From Chrysomallon squamiferum (Eukaryota > Animalia > Mollusca): a stretch of 64,000 nucleotides of DNA. A program made the position numbers and the translations under genes. Positions 1 to 13,946 of this stretch are shown here, in pieces (the first letter of the stretch is position 1; the number at the start of each line of letters is the position of its first letter). The notes beneath the pieces are model-generated. The model had not been told where the DNA came from. It worked only from the letters and a program-made list of their open reading frames with translations, and ran no database searches. The stretch spans positions 15,004,001 through 15,068,000 of the forward strand of contig CM022666.1 in assembly GCA_012295275.1 (NCBI GenBank), given 5' to 3'.

Positions 1-168
1 CATATTCAAACAGTGGGTCCCTGTTCACAAACAATTGGGATAACAACCAGTTTGAATAACAATGGTTCTTCTGAAGAAAATTTAAATTTGTTTGACGAAC
101 AGGAATTTGAAAAACAAACAGCTGCTTCAAAGTTGCAAAAACAAAAAGAAGAATCAATGAATGAATAA
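1..168 (+). CDS. Possible 3' end of an unidentified gene nested antisense in a calpain-5 intron (HIQTVGPCSQTIGITTSLNNNGSSEENLNLFDEQEFEKQTAASKLQKQKEESMNE*)
   Basis: Frame 1 is open from base 1 to TAA at 166-168 (55 codons). The sequence is non-repetitive and GAA/CAA-rich, unlike the flanking intron DNA. No homology recognised; truncated by the window edge. Confidence 0.35.
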   Translation, partial: HIQTVGPCSQTIGITTSLNNNGSSEENLNLFDEQEFEKQTAASKLQKQKEESMNE

Positions 169-824
169 CTATTCTATTTCAGCTTTTATTCTGTCTCAAA
201 CTTAACATACAGTATAAATCAATATTTTTGAAATTTAGATAACTTTAGTGAACAATATTATAATTTCTTCTTGCTATACATGCACATAAGGAGGACAACA
301 ATAGCAGTTGATATTGATTTTTTTGATTCTTTCTTTCTGGACATGCACAATAGTAGTTTCTAGCATTCTCAACATGTCCAAGTCTCCAGTCATACAAGTA
401 TCATGTTTTGTGTCCGAATTTGTTACCTTACTCAGTTACTGTGTCCTTTTTCTTGTTTTATATCTGAAGTAAGATTCTACATAACCATGTATAGCATAGG
501 AATGCTAACAAGTCAATTACCACCAAAATTAACCTTGAAATCATATTGAAACTCAAAAAAAAAAAGGAATAAGTATAAACAAGCTTAGTTCTGAGTATAG
601 AATGGTAAAATGTACAATTTCCTCCATATTCAAGATTTTTTACATACTTTTATATGCAATTTCAGAGGGGTTGGGATAAATTGCTTTCTGTTTGTATGTA
701 TTATTACAAACAATTCTGATGATCATAATGAACATGCTTCTTTTACACATCATGTTCATATGTACTAGCCACATACACACACACACACACACATACACAC
801 ATTTGTTTCAGTTGTTTTTGTTAC

Positions 825-2545
825 CTTGTGCCAAATTTCGCTGTACTGAGCAAGACAAGAAGAGGCTGCCACGAACCAACAGTTGCCTAGGCGACCCTGT
901 GTGACATCACCAGAACTGGCTCCTTCCACAAACAACTTGGGGTTGTCACAGATTTGCTGAAATTATAAATAACATTTAATGAAATTTGTTTGTTGGTTTT
1001 TGCTTTGTTTTTGTTTTTTCTGTTTGTTGTTGTTGTTGTTATTGTTATGCTAGCTGTCTGTACATTTCTACCCCTAATAAATTTATTAAAGTAAAATAAT
1101 TCTCTAACGCTTTAAATCTGATAACCACAATGTTCCAGTTTTCATATTTAAACTGTATTCCTTGATTTCTTAAATAGAATGTTCTTTAGAACAATACACT
1201 GCACATATATGACAAAGAAATTTCCTTTGATCCATATGTGTTTGTGTGGGAGGGAGGGAATTTGGAGACCCTCACTAGTTTGGGGGAATGGCATTGTCAA
1301 CTGAAGTAAGCAATAAAGAGTTAAACTGATATATTTTATAAAATACTTAATACAGATTCAATAAGAACAATAAATAAATAAATAACATTTTCTAAACATT
1401 AATAAATTAGTTTATTGAGGAAAAACAAAAGGTTTGGAGACTACTAAAACAAAGATTAAATTATATAAATAATAATAATAAAAATAATAATATTAAGCAT
1501 CTATTTAAATCTATGTACTTTAAAATGTTATAGCTTTTACAAAAAAGTAATAGTTTACAGTATGTGCATTTACAAAATACCTAATAATTAATTTAACCTT
1601 TTTCAGACTAATTAAGAAAATTATTCGTAGTTATTCATTTCATCAACATAACTAATTTGTTGTGAGTGTGTAGTTTACACACACACACACAAAAAAAATA
1701 AAATTAAAAATAACACACAAAACACACACACATATATATATATAAATACACACATATACATATATGTTGCTTTTTTTTTTTAAAGAATACACATCTGTCT
1801 CTGGTTTATGTGATAAAAGATTAGACAGTTAATGAGAGTAACCCTCCTATCACTGTTACAGTGTGACAGGTTACTCTTTTTTTGCTTAAAGCAAGGTCTA
1901 TTTTTACATATATACCTTCCCAGAGAATGGAAAACAGTCTACAGTACACTAGTTCATGATCACTCATTTCAATGGCAAATACTCTGGAATTATAGATGTG
2001 TATGTGTATGTGTGTGTGTATGAACATGTATATGTGTTATATGCAATGGGTATATATCTATCTATATGTTGTATGTATATTCATGTCCATGTGTTGAATG
2101 TTGTTTGTGTGTATGTTTAATCAGATTATTGCCTGGTAAATGTTTTGTTATAAATGGTGTATAGATCAGGGTCATGCTGTGTACTGCTGACATTGATACA
2201 GTGACAGACAGGTACTGAGATAATTGTCATAGAAACGAGTCCGTTTGGTATACACTGCCTACCGTTCTATCTTATCATCACACTACACATACTTTTATAG
2301 GTGTCAAAACTGGATTGTTATTCTGCCCATGTATGGTGCACTTAGTCATGGGTGTATATAAACACACATACATATATATATACAAACATACAAACATACA
2401 TATATACATACAGACATACATACAAACATACATACATACATACATATATACATACGTACGTACATACATACATATATACATACATATATACATACATACA
2501 TACATACATATACATACATACATACATACATACATACATACATAC

Positions 2546-2590
<45 letters not shown>

Positions 2591-2691
2591 TGTATATATA
2601 TTTCAGGTTTAATCTGACTACATTTTACATTAGTCTTGAGACTGAAAGTCATTGTAAAGGAAACATATTTTTGTGGGTGGATGTATGTGTA

Positions 2692-2735
<44 letters not shown>

Positions 2736-3069
2736 TAAACACACATGGATGTAGGCAAGAATTGATTGTTGCTTTATGCAAAACAGACACAACAGAAATG
2801 TAGATGAATTGATCAGTTGTGTGCCAGCTGGATAGATTTGGATTAAATATGCACAACTACAAGAGAAAAATACAATAAAGCTTCATTATGATTCAAAATT
2901 GTAATTACTTCATAAAACTAGTCATGGTTAGTCATGGTTCAGTGATTAAATGTTGTGAGAAAAAATGTTAATATATCACCGAGTCCTATTACAGATATAT
3001 CCTGTTCCAACATCATCTCTACAGACCATGGTGTATGTGTACTGCATATGAAAAATGCATGCTGAAACA

Positions 3070-3137
<68 letters not shown>

Positions 3138-3228
3138 CATACACCACACACACATATATGCACACAAACACACACACACATATAGCACATACACAAATAC
3201 ACATGCATACTCACACATACATATACCT

Positions 3229-3282
<54 letters not shown>

Positions 3283-3299
3283 AAACACACACAAACACA

Positions 3300-3337
<38 letters not shown>

Positions 3338-6052
3338 TGTTGCCTTAACTGTACCAACACTCATGTATAAATGCTGACTCAGTCTATATTTGGTACAGCA
3401 ACACACACTGTTTAATTCTTCGTGCTAAATGAGAATTTACTTTATTTAATATGCTTCTTTTTTATTTGTTTGTTTCTTTGGATTTATTATTATTACTGTT
3501 GTTTTGTTGTTGTTGTCATTATTATTATTATATGATCTTTCTATGTTTCACTGATTGTTTTTTTTTCTATATTTCAGGTGGGGTTTCTGAGCTGTTTATA
3601 GTCATTTCAGTTCAGTTTAAACTGCTAACCATGTGTGTGTGTGTGTGTGTTTGCAGTTTATTATTAAACTGATCTAAATATCCTATTGCTGATACAAAAT
3701 ACAAGCTACACCCTGACATAATATATTCAAAGAGTCAAAATAAAAAAATAAACAACAACAAAAAAAAAGCACAATCTGCAAACAGTGCACATTTTTAACA
3801 TTAGACTGTCTGAAATGATGATGCAGTTAAATCAGTTCTTAACGTTCAGCTGATCTAAATACATGAACAAATGTATACCAATAAAAATATAAATAAAAAC
3901 TAATATAAAAATATATATAATATGAATAACAATCAAAATATAAATAAATACTAATTTCAAAAATATATATAATATGAACAACAATCAAAATATAAATAAA
4001 AAATACAAAAATATATATAATATGAATAACAATCAAAATATAAATAAAAACTATTTCAAAAAATATATATAATATGAACAACAAAATATAAAAATATTTC
4101 AAAAAAACATATAACAATCAAAATATAAATATAAAACCATACAAATATATATATATATATAATATGAATAACAATCAAAATATAAATAAAAACTAATACA
4201 AAAATATATATAATATGAATAACAATCAAAATATAAATAAAAACTAATAAAAAATATATATAATATGAATAACAATCAAAATATAAATAAAAACTAATAC
4301 AAAAATATATATAATATGAGTAACAATCAAAATCAAATAAAAACTAATACAAAAATATATTAATTTCAGAAAACAACATGAAACGGTGGCAGTGAATTCA
4401 ACCTTAAAGGTTAACGTTCACAAAGTCTGCATGAAAGTTCAGACTTGTTTGTTTCTGTTTTGGTCAAGCTCAGTGGGACAAGTTTTCAAGTCGCATCAAA
4501 TGAGTCATGTGACTCCAGCATGCTCACAAACCAATATCTTGTTGTTCCAGTCCAACCTGTCTGTGTTCTCGTATTTTATACTGTGTATCTGGCCAACTAA
4601 ATAAAATATTTATCTTTCTGATTTTTGGTTTACTTTACTTTTACTTTACTTTAGTTTGTTTTGCTTTCTATTTTTGTTTCTATTTTACTTTTACTTTTAC
4701 TTTCACTTCACTTTTACTTACCTTTAATTTACTTTTACTTTTTTTTTTTACTTTACTTTTACTTTACTTTACTTTTACTTTTACTTTTACTTTTTATTTT
4801 TTTAATTTTACTTTTTTACTTTACTTTACTTTTACCTTTACTTCTTTACTTTTTACTTTTTTACTTTAATTTTTACTTTACTTTACTTTTACTTTTACTT
4901 TTTACTTTTACTTTTACTTTTACTTTTATTTTACTTTTACTTTTACTTCTTTACTTTTAATTTTACTTTTACTTTTTACTTTTACCTTTACTTTTTATTT
5001 TTTACTTTTACTTTACTTTCTTTTTACTTTACTCACTTTACTTACTTTACTTTACTTTTACTTTTATTTACTTTTACTTTTACTTTTTTACTTTTACTTT
5101 TTTTTTTATTTTTACTTTTACTTTTACTTTTATTTCTTTTTTTCCACCTTTACTTTTATTTTTCTTTTCACTTTTACTTTTACTTTTTATTTTACTTTTT
5201 TTTTACTTCACTTTACTTTTTACTTTTTTACTTCACTTTACTTTTACTTTTACTTCACTTTACTTTTACTTTTACTTCACTTTTACTTTTACTTCACTTT
5301 TTACTTTACCTTTTACTTTTACTTTTACTTTTACTTTACTTTTACTTTTGATTTTACTTTACTTTTTTACTTTTTACTTTTACTCCACCCCCACTTTTAC
5401 TTTTACTTTTACTTTCACTTTACTTTTATTTTTTCTTTACTTTTACTTTTACTTCACTTTACTTTTTACTTTTACTTTTTTATTTTACTTTTACTTTTTT
5501 TTTACTTTACTTTACTTTACTTTTACTTTTACTTCACTTTTACTTTTTACTTTTACTTTTACTTTCACTTTACTTTTACTTTACTTTTCTTTTTTACTTT
5601 TACTTTACTTCACTTTACTTTTACTTTACTTTACTTTTACTTTTACTTCACTTTACTTTTACTTTTACTTCAATTTACTTTTACTTCACTTTACTTTTAC
5701 TTTTACTTCAATTTACTTTTACTTCACTTTACTTTTACTTTTACTTTTACTTTATTTAATTTACTTTTACTTCACTTTACTTTTACTTCCCTTTACTTTT
5801 ACTTTTACTTTTACTTCAATTTACTTTTACTTCACTTTACTTTTACTTCACTTCACTTTTACTTTATTTTCATTTTATTTTCATTTTACTTTATTTTATT
5901 TTATTATTATATTTATGGTTGCTGTTGTAGTTACTATCGTTAAAATGAAAAAGACAGAATAAATTAAACACTAAATCTAACACTTAAATTACAGTGTGTG
6001 TGTGTGTGTGTGACAAAATGATATATGTATGTAAGTATGTGTGTATGTAAGT

Positions 6053-6088
<36 letters not shown>

Positions 6089-6163
6089 CAAAATGATATA
6101 TGTATGTAAGTATGTATGTATGTATGTATGTATGTGTGTATGTATGTGTGTATGTATGTATGT

Positions 6164-6203
<40 letters not shown>

Positions 6204-6486
6204 ATGTATGTATGTATGTATGTATGTGTGTGTGTATGTGTGTATGTATGTGTGTATGTGTGTATGTAAACAGACTATAAGTAATAATAATATTAAAATA
6301 ATTTTTATCTCTCACCTTTGGTCTCTTCCAGACCACACCCCGAATTTTGTCCTTGGTGAAGAAAAGTGACCGGTCATCGGGTGGGAACTCGGGGTCAATA
6401 AACAAAGTTTTTTTTTCCACACATTCCTTCTTCAGTGTGTTGTAGTTCTGGTTCTTGTACTGTTTGATCTTGTCAAAGAATCCCAT
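825..6486 (-). CDS. CAPN5: Calpain-5 (tra-3/CAPN5-6 family), first two coding exons; gene continues beyond the left edge
   Basis: Exon 6316-6486 encodes MGFFDKIKQYKNQNYNTLKKECVEKKTLFIDPEFPPDDRSLFFTKDKIRGVVWKRPK (acceptor at 6513-6514, donor GTGAG at 6315). Exon 825-956 encodes QICDNPKLFVEGASSGDVTQGRLGNCWFVAASSCLAQYSEIWHK, with the catalytic Cys motif QGxLGNCWF. The junction is phase 0. The short N-terminus and GNCW variant match calpain-5. Confidence 0.93.
2350..3335. repeat. Compound microsatellites (CATA)n, (CA)n, (TA)n in a calpain intron
   Basis: Visible runs at ~2350-2600, 2680-2732 and 3070-3335. Confidence 0.95.
3870..4360. repeat. ~51-bp AT-rich minisatellite (AATATGAATAACAATCAAAATATAAATAAAAACTAATACAAAAATATATAT), ~9 copies
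   Basis: The unit recurs at e.g. 4161, 4212 and 4262. Confidence 0.9.
4628..5900. repeat. ~1.3-kb (TTTTAC/TTTAC/TTCAC)n simple satellite
   Basis: Almost G-free on the + strand over more than 1.2 kb. Confidence 0.95.
5995..6270. repeat. (TG)n/(TATG)n compound microsatellite
   Basis: Visible repeat just inside the calpain intron, downstream of the donor at 6315. Confidence 0.95.
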
Positions 6487-9345
6487 CTTGTCAGTCCCTC
6501 ATTCACCAAGACCTGAAAAACACACGATTTTAACAAAACACACCAACATTTCACCAACAGTGGTTGAGGTTTTTGCCTTACTCCCTTTCAGAGTTACATT
6601 TGAAAACTGTTTAAAAGAGTTAACTTGTTCAGTTCAAAAAATATACAACACTGCATGTGAAAATGATGATTAAGTATAATAACTTTTGCAAAGCGATTTT
6701 AACCCTTTGCAACTGGTTAACGCAACAAGAACGTGTTTATATGACTACGAAATTTTGCAGAAAAGCAAAATTAGAAACAAAATGTATGACAGTTGTACAT
6801 TTCAGTGCTTTGGTGTTTATAATCTGCCAAAAATTAAACACCACACACACACACACTAAAAATATAAATGTCTATTTTCATAAATGAAAACCATGAAATA
6901 TAGTTTATTTTTTTAATATGCATATTTTTTCTTTGTACTATGGTAATAGTTGTAAATCTGAAACAGTTTTGTATCCAAAATCTTATGTTGAACTTTCAAA
7001 AATCTGTGATGTTGTTATTCAGTTCCAGTATTTTAAGGCTAGTTACAGAATCACAAAACCACTGAGGTAGTTTTAGGCTAACTGTAATTATAACCTTTCA
7101 CAAGTTAACACTGAAATACATTATAAAAAAATATAAATAAATAAAGAATTCACCAAATTAAATTTTAAGCACTGAAAAGAAATTTAATTTTAAAAAAAAG
7201 TAATGGTAATAAAAATAGTTAATCAGTTCAGTTTAAATTTTGTAAAAAAATAAAAATAAAAATTAATGTTTAATTCATTGAGAAATGTCATTTACATGTA
7301 ATTTATTAAAATTTTCTTTTGTTATTTTATATGTATATGACTAATATTTAATTACTTTTAAAAAAGATTCTTTTTCTTTTTTCTTTTTAAAGGTTTACTC
7401 TCATATTTATTATTATCATTATTATTATTTTATTTATTTATTTATTTTTTAAATTTATTATTTTTTAAATTATTATTTATTTATGTTTTTTAATCCTAAG
7501 ATTTAATTTCATTTTTTTAATTATTTTTTTCCCCTAGTTAACTATATAAAATCAAGAAGTTGTTACTTCAGGGAAAAAAAAAAAAAAAAAGACATAATAA
7601 AAGTAACAACAAAAATGCCGAAGCTAAGAATTCATCTTACATGTAAATATACAAACAGGTCATATTCATTCAAGTGTGATATTTTGTGGGTACATATATT
7701 TATTTACAGATCAGCTACTTCAGTGTTGATCTTACTTATTACAGATTCAAGGAAATTCTGTAATGAATTCAGTACGTTACATTCAGTATTCATGGATTAA
7801 ACGTAAAAGGTTTAATGTAACAATATGTATGACACAAACAAAACACACCCTTTCTTTTTTCTACTGATACACTGAGTACTATTATTTTCTGTTTCCTTTA
7901 TTTTTTGTTTTTTTTGTATGAAAGAGGAAAAACTTTAAAAATAAACAATATGAGATTCTAACTTCACAATAATTTTGTACAAAGCAAAAATATGTGATAA
8001 ACCTCCAGACCTTTTAACTTTTCTTTGTAGTAAAAGAATTGAAAAAAAACAACAACTAAAAACTATTTTATGTTTTAAGAGAAAAAATCTAATAATGCAA
8101 AGAAATTTATAAAGTTTACGATAATTATGTACTAAACAAAAGTATGTGATAAACCTGCACAGGCTTTTTCTTTTCTTTTTGCTAAGAAAATTGATAAAAT
8201 AAATAAATAAAAGAACTATTTTAATTTTAATAAAAAGGGAAAAAATACAATTTATAAACAAAACAATATCACAAAATACCACAGTCACTTTACTTTTTAT
8301 TAGGAAAGTTGAATATTACTATGATACTTTTAAAAAATAAACATTTAAAATAAAATAAATAAATAAAACAAAAGCAATGTGGCAGTCTGGTTTCATTGTT
8401 ATATATGCGACACAAATAAATTTTTAAAACTGACACAATTTCACTTTCCTTATTAAATGAAGTTTTAAACTTAAAAAATTGAAGAAAAATATATTTAAAT
8501 AAATAAATAATTTCATTATCATGATCTATGCATGATCTATGAAATATTTTCTTTATTTTCTTTATTTTCTTTATTTTATTATTTTTTATTTATTTTATTT
8601 TTTAAGTTTTTCAAAATTACTATAATTTAAAAGAAGAAAAACAAAAATACCTGTATATAAATACAGAGACAAAGAAATAAATGAACATGACATTTTAATT
8701 TTATTATAATTACATACCAAACAAAATAATGTCATAATATGACATAAACCATAATAACTTGTACAAGATATAAATATAAATAAACAAAAAATAGTTTAAT
8801 GAATATTCTAAGTTTATTTTGATATTTATTATGTACTTTATCTTTTACTTCTTAAACAAATTTGAATACTACTATATATATATATATATAAATTACAGTT
8901 TTCAAATTTATATATTTATCATGGCTGTAACTGGACTCTTTTTAAAATGAGGCAAAAACACTTAACTTCTCTGACTTGAAAGTGGATAGCGGAATAGAGA
9001 TATATATTTTATAAACAAAATATTTATATTAAAAAATAAATAAAATAAAATAAAATATATATATATATTTTTTTTTGTTGTTGTTGTTATTATTAATATT
9101 GAGAAGATTGAGTATTTTTTAAAAATAATAATAGTATTAATGTCTTTCTTAAATAACACTTTCAATAACAGGAAAAGGTAATTAATTAATAATTTAAAAA
9201 TAATTCTTAAAAAATAAACATTAGCAATAAGTGTAAACAATCTAATTCAAGTTATGAAAAAATTAAAATGGGTAAATTTTGTATTTATGTTATAAGCACC
9301 AAATCAATATGGCAACTTAATTGGTAACTATTTGATATTTTAATT

Positions 9346-9412
<67 letters not shown>

Positions 9413-10154
9413 TAATAATGAAAATTAACTATTATAGTTCTACACTGACTGGATCACTGAAAACATTAGACTTCAACATTTATTAAAATATTAGAAAGAT
9501 TGAAAAAATTTGAAAACAAATTAAATTAAATAAAATTTTAAAATTAAAAATTAAAAAGTCACCTGATAATTTTAAAACGCGAGCTAGCCAAATAACGTCA
9601 ATTTATTTATTTTTATTTTTATTTCCCCACGTTTTTCTCTGATAATTTTTTAGACAATAGAATAACATAATTATAACTAAATGTTATGAGGATCTATTTA
9701 GTAATTTAAGTCCGTTAGTGATCACTAAATCAGTAATTCACCAGACGATGATTACAGAAATTATGTCAATCTTACGATACGTTCATCGAACGAACTGCTG
9801 TATTTACTTTTTAATGCCACATTATTGTTAAACATGTAACAATGTTCAGATCTTGTTCAAATTAATAAAAAAAAAACTGCACTTTCAGTTGATTGTTTTA
9901 ATGCTAAGCAAACAGAAATATTGTAAACAAGAGCACATATAAATATAATATATATATATACATATATATGTATATACACGAAATATGAGACGTCACGCTT
10001 GAATGCACACACCCATTTTCTAGATTTCATAACATTCTTTAACAATCAGCAGACGTTTCAGTTTAATTGTTTATTGGTATCGTTATTATCCAACAGTATG
10101 CATATTGCTTTGTTACTTAAGATGCTATTATTTTACGAAAAAAGATTCAAAATG

Positions 10155-10290
10155 TTTACTTACTTCTGAAATCGTAGCAAACCAACCCAACAAGTTTTAC
10201 TAATGCTATCTTCGGCAGACTTCGGTAAACCCCGCCCTCTATACCATAAAATAAACAACCTGACCTAAGGGGAATTAACCCGCAAACACT
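10155..10290 (-). promoter_or_regulatory. Candidate non-coding first exon/promoter of calpain-5
   Basis: Minus-strand donor AA|GTAAGT at ~10158-10163, GC box CCCCGCCC at ~10230 and a local CpG increase. The ATG exon has its own acceptor, so an upstream UTR exon must exist. Confidence 0.35.
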
Positions 10291-10396
10291 TATTTCATAA
10301 GAAATATTTTTCGATGTCCACCACGAAAAAAACCCTCAAAATATTAGTGTCATCACTATAAAAGATACATGAAAAATTATTGTGTTATTTAACAGC

Positions 10397-10640
10397 GTTT
10401 GTTTTGGGTTTCCGCCCACTTTAAAAAAAAAAAAAACGATTAATGCGTTTTGTATATTTTGTACAAAAAATCGTAATTACCTAAGTTTTAGCTGTAAAAT
10501 GAACGCGACAAAAATTAAGCTGTTTGTTTTGGGTTTTCCCCCCATTTTTAAAAAAACGATTCATGCATTCTGTATATTTGGTAAAAAGATCGCAGTTATC
10601 TAAGTTTTGACTGTAAAATGAACGCGACAAAAATTAAGCC
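10397..10640. repeat. Two ~120-bp direct repeats
   Basis: GTTTGTTTTGGGTTT...CTGTAAAATGAACGCGACAAAAATTAAGC occurs at ~10397-10520 and ~10521-10639. Confidence 0.85.
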
Positions 10641-10787
10641 ATTTGGAATTTTTAACTTAGCAGTAAATGGCTATAGATTCATAATACACTAAAAACGTTA
10701 CACAAATAACTCGTTGACATTTGCATGACGTGAAAATAAACAGCAACAAGAATAAAAATAATTAATTAAGTGAAGTTTTCATTTAAC

Positions 10788-10860
<73 letters not shown>

Positions 10861-11278
10861 TTAAAAAGGAAATTAATTTTGATTTAAATTTTGCATTACA
10901 GTTGATTTCTGTAATATAGTTTCTTTTCTCGTTCAGCGCTGGTAGGTTGTTCCTACAATATTGATGTTAATTGATCTGTGATTTTAAATACAGACAAATA
11001 TTTGTCATATAAAGGCTAGTATAAACAAGTTAAGTTTGTAATTTTATTATAAATCACTGAGCCGAAAAATAAATATTTAACCAATACTTCAGTCCTATAT
11101 CACACTTATGATATAAATAATAAAGATTTCTAAATATACACTGATCAAAGCATTATTTAAATCATCTGTAGTAGAAAATGTGTTTGATTTTTTTTTGTAA
11201 CCGAATTTCATTGACCAAAAATTGGACTGCGAATATACTTCGATTTTTTAAAACATTTTCAAAAGCTATGATCTGTAA

Positions 11279-11328
<50 letters not shown>

Positions 11329-11699
11329 ATGTTACGAAATATGTCTGATCACGATAAGGAAAACAATAGTCACGCAGTTGTCCAACAGAATATAAAATGT
11401 AAGTTTCTGTGACATAAACATATGCATGGATTGTCTTAAATCTTGATTGAAATGATTCAACCTTTTCATCCGTCAAAAAAAAATAAAATAAAAATAAAAT
11501 AAAATCTTATCTGAAATTTTGTCCCTTATTTTGTCCCTTTTGTGTGAAACGTCGTACAAAGGGAAACGTATATCTCTGTAAAATGCTGAGATCAAAGGTC
11601 ATACAACGTAACTTTGTTCGGTATTTCTGGAAACAGTTGCTGTGGAACCCCCACCACTTGAAATTAATGCAGTTTCACTATGTGTGCTCGTTTGTTTAC

Positions 11700-11843
11700 G
11701 TGTAAGTATAACTAATGTTTGTGTTGTTCCTGTATGTGTGCATAACAGAGTGTACGTGTGTGTTTGTGTTTGATGGTGAGTACGTATGTATGTATGTGTG
11801 CGTGTTTGTGTGTACGTGTGTGGTTGTGTTTGATGGTGATTAC

Positions 11844-11889
<46 letters not shown>

Positions 11890-12310
11890 GATATAAATTT
11901 ATGTTTGATGATGGGTTTCTGTATTTGTGTATCTAGGTGTGCTTGTGTTTGGTGATGTGTACGTCTATGTTGGAGTTTATATGTACGTATCCCTTTGTGA
12001 ACGTTCTGTGTGCTTGTGTCTGTATAGACTTTTGTATATGTGTATGTAAGTACGTGTGTGCGTGAATATTTATATCCATGTACAGGTATATGCGGATGTC
12101 TGGCTTTGTATGGGCATACCTGCTAGGTTTTATTCTATGTTCGTGCATATACGTATCTCGAGTATGTGTTACTAATGTATGTGTGGATGAGTGTGTTTAT
12201 ATTTGTGTGAATGTTTTATGTGTACGCACATCTGCATTTGTTTTTGTTAGGAGTTTCTACATATGTTTCTCTCTTTTTTCTCTGTGTGTGTGTGCGTGTG
12301 TGCGCATGTA

Positions 12311-12358
<48 letters not shown>

Positions 12359-12420
12359 GAGCGAGAGAGAGAGAGAGAGAGATATGTACATACTAATAGA
12401 CAGACACGTGAACACACAGA
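11700..12420. repeat. Degenerate (TG)n-rich tract with (TA)n and (GA)n
   Basis: Visible low-complexity sequence. Confidence 0.85.
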
Positions 12421-12427
12421 AACAAAA

Positions 12428-12555
12428 ACGCGCGCGCCGCGCTCTCACACCGTACATTCATACGCATTGGTGTTTGTTGCTATGGCAAGTCCAAAACAAT
12501 GGCAGTTAATTCTCTCTCCAGATTACCTCGCGTACGAGTGAGTACGTGTGGCCCA
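12428..12555. promoter_or_regulatory. CpG-rich regulatory-like patch with an RFX X-box-like site
   Basis: CGCGCGCGCCGCGC, ATTGG (12466), GTTGCTATGGCAAG (12476-12489; close to the X-box GTTGCCATGGCAAC), AACAATGG (Sox-like) and nearby splice-donor-like sites on both strands. Confidence 0.4.
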
Positions 12556-12939
12556 GCATACATAACTTATTCTCTATCTTCTTTCTGTGTGAACACATTT
12601 TTTGAAAGTTAATATTCGTTCCACTCGTTTCCATAACGATATTGAATAATAAGAATCGCTTTACATTTTGAAAATAAAAATAAAAATAAAAATGATTAGA
12701 AAATTCCTCCCCCTTTTTTTAAGGAAATATAATTCTTTCGGGAATTTCGAATGCAATTATAAATGAAATCAATATTTCATCCAAAAATAACTGATATTTA
12801 TTTATCATAAATTTGGTATAGTAGCTCATAAAATGAATGGCTGATCAGTGTTTTCTTTGTAGGTTTAAACATTTGCTGTTAGGATATTTGTGTTTCGAGT
12901 CTTTTTCTGTCTCTCTCAAGGTCTCAACATTGAAAGTGT

Positions 12940-12978
<39 letters not shown>

Positions 12979-13856
12979 TAACACTGTCCCAGAAACACTG
13001 CGAAGTGCTTGCGTTCCATATAGAATGTTCTGCATCATTTTGCAGATTGTACTGTTAAAAAAAAAAAAAAAAGAGTAATAAATAAATAAAAATACATTTC
13101 TGACATAATGCTTAGCAACACGGTGTTGTTAGAATTCATATCGTATTTCACTGCTCACAGCTATGTGATTTAACTGGAACACTTCTAGCGGTTGCAAGTG
13201 TGAGTGCTAAATAAAGAAACAGGCGCAGACGTAACTAAGGATGTTCTGCACTGTTGTATTATGTTGTTGTTTAAGTTACTTACACTACAAGCTGGGCAGT
13301 ATTATAATTTGATTAACACTTATATATGTATTGACCTTTATTATTATTTTTTTAAATTAATAATAAAAAAAAAAGTCCGTTTGTCTCAAATGTATTGTAC
13401 AATATCTAAACAAAATTTTTAATTAATCATCCCCTTATTTTAATTTAAAAATATTAATAATAATAAATTAATAGAACTGTACGATGAACGCATCGTATTG
13501 ACCAATACGAGAACTTTGTACTAGCAAAATTAATTAGAAACAGAACACAAAACATCGTGCCATTTAAAAAAATGCCTGAAAATAATTTTGACCCAAATAG
13601 ACATTAGCTATATTAAAGCATAGTACTTTTTTTTTTTTTTTTTTTTAAATGTCAGCATCGGCTGCAGCAAAACAAACATGATAGAAATAACATATAGTAT
13701 ATTGTCATCATGTTCTTTGTAACTGTTTAACAGTAATTTTTAAAACTTATTTTATTAATTTTATTATTGTTTGTTTTATTTTAAAGAGAAAACAAATGAA
13801 AACTGAAAATTTTAACCCAAAATTTTATTTCAAAATTAAGATTTGTCACGACAAAT

Positions 13857-13859
<3 letters not shown>

Positions 13860-13942
<83 letters not shown>
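13860..13942. repeat. (AG)n microsatellite
   Basis: Pure run of about 41 units. Confidence 0.97.

Positions 13943-13946
<4 letters not shown>

Noticed and set aside
1-168. Calling the nested ORF an OMP homologue
   Set aside because: Only the position is analogous; the visible peptide has no convincing similarity to OMP.
2278-6369. Many 60-200 aa ORFs (CVCV, HTHT, YIHT, LLLLYF types)
   Set aside because: These are translations of (CA)n, (CATA)n and (TTTTAC)n repeats that lack stop codons by composition. Only 6316-6486 of the 5989-6486 ORF is a real exon.
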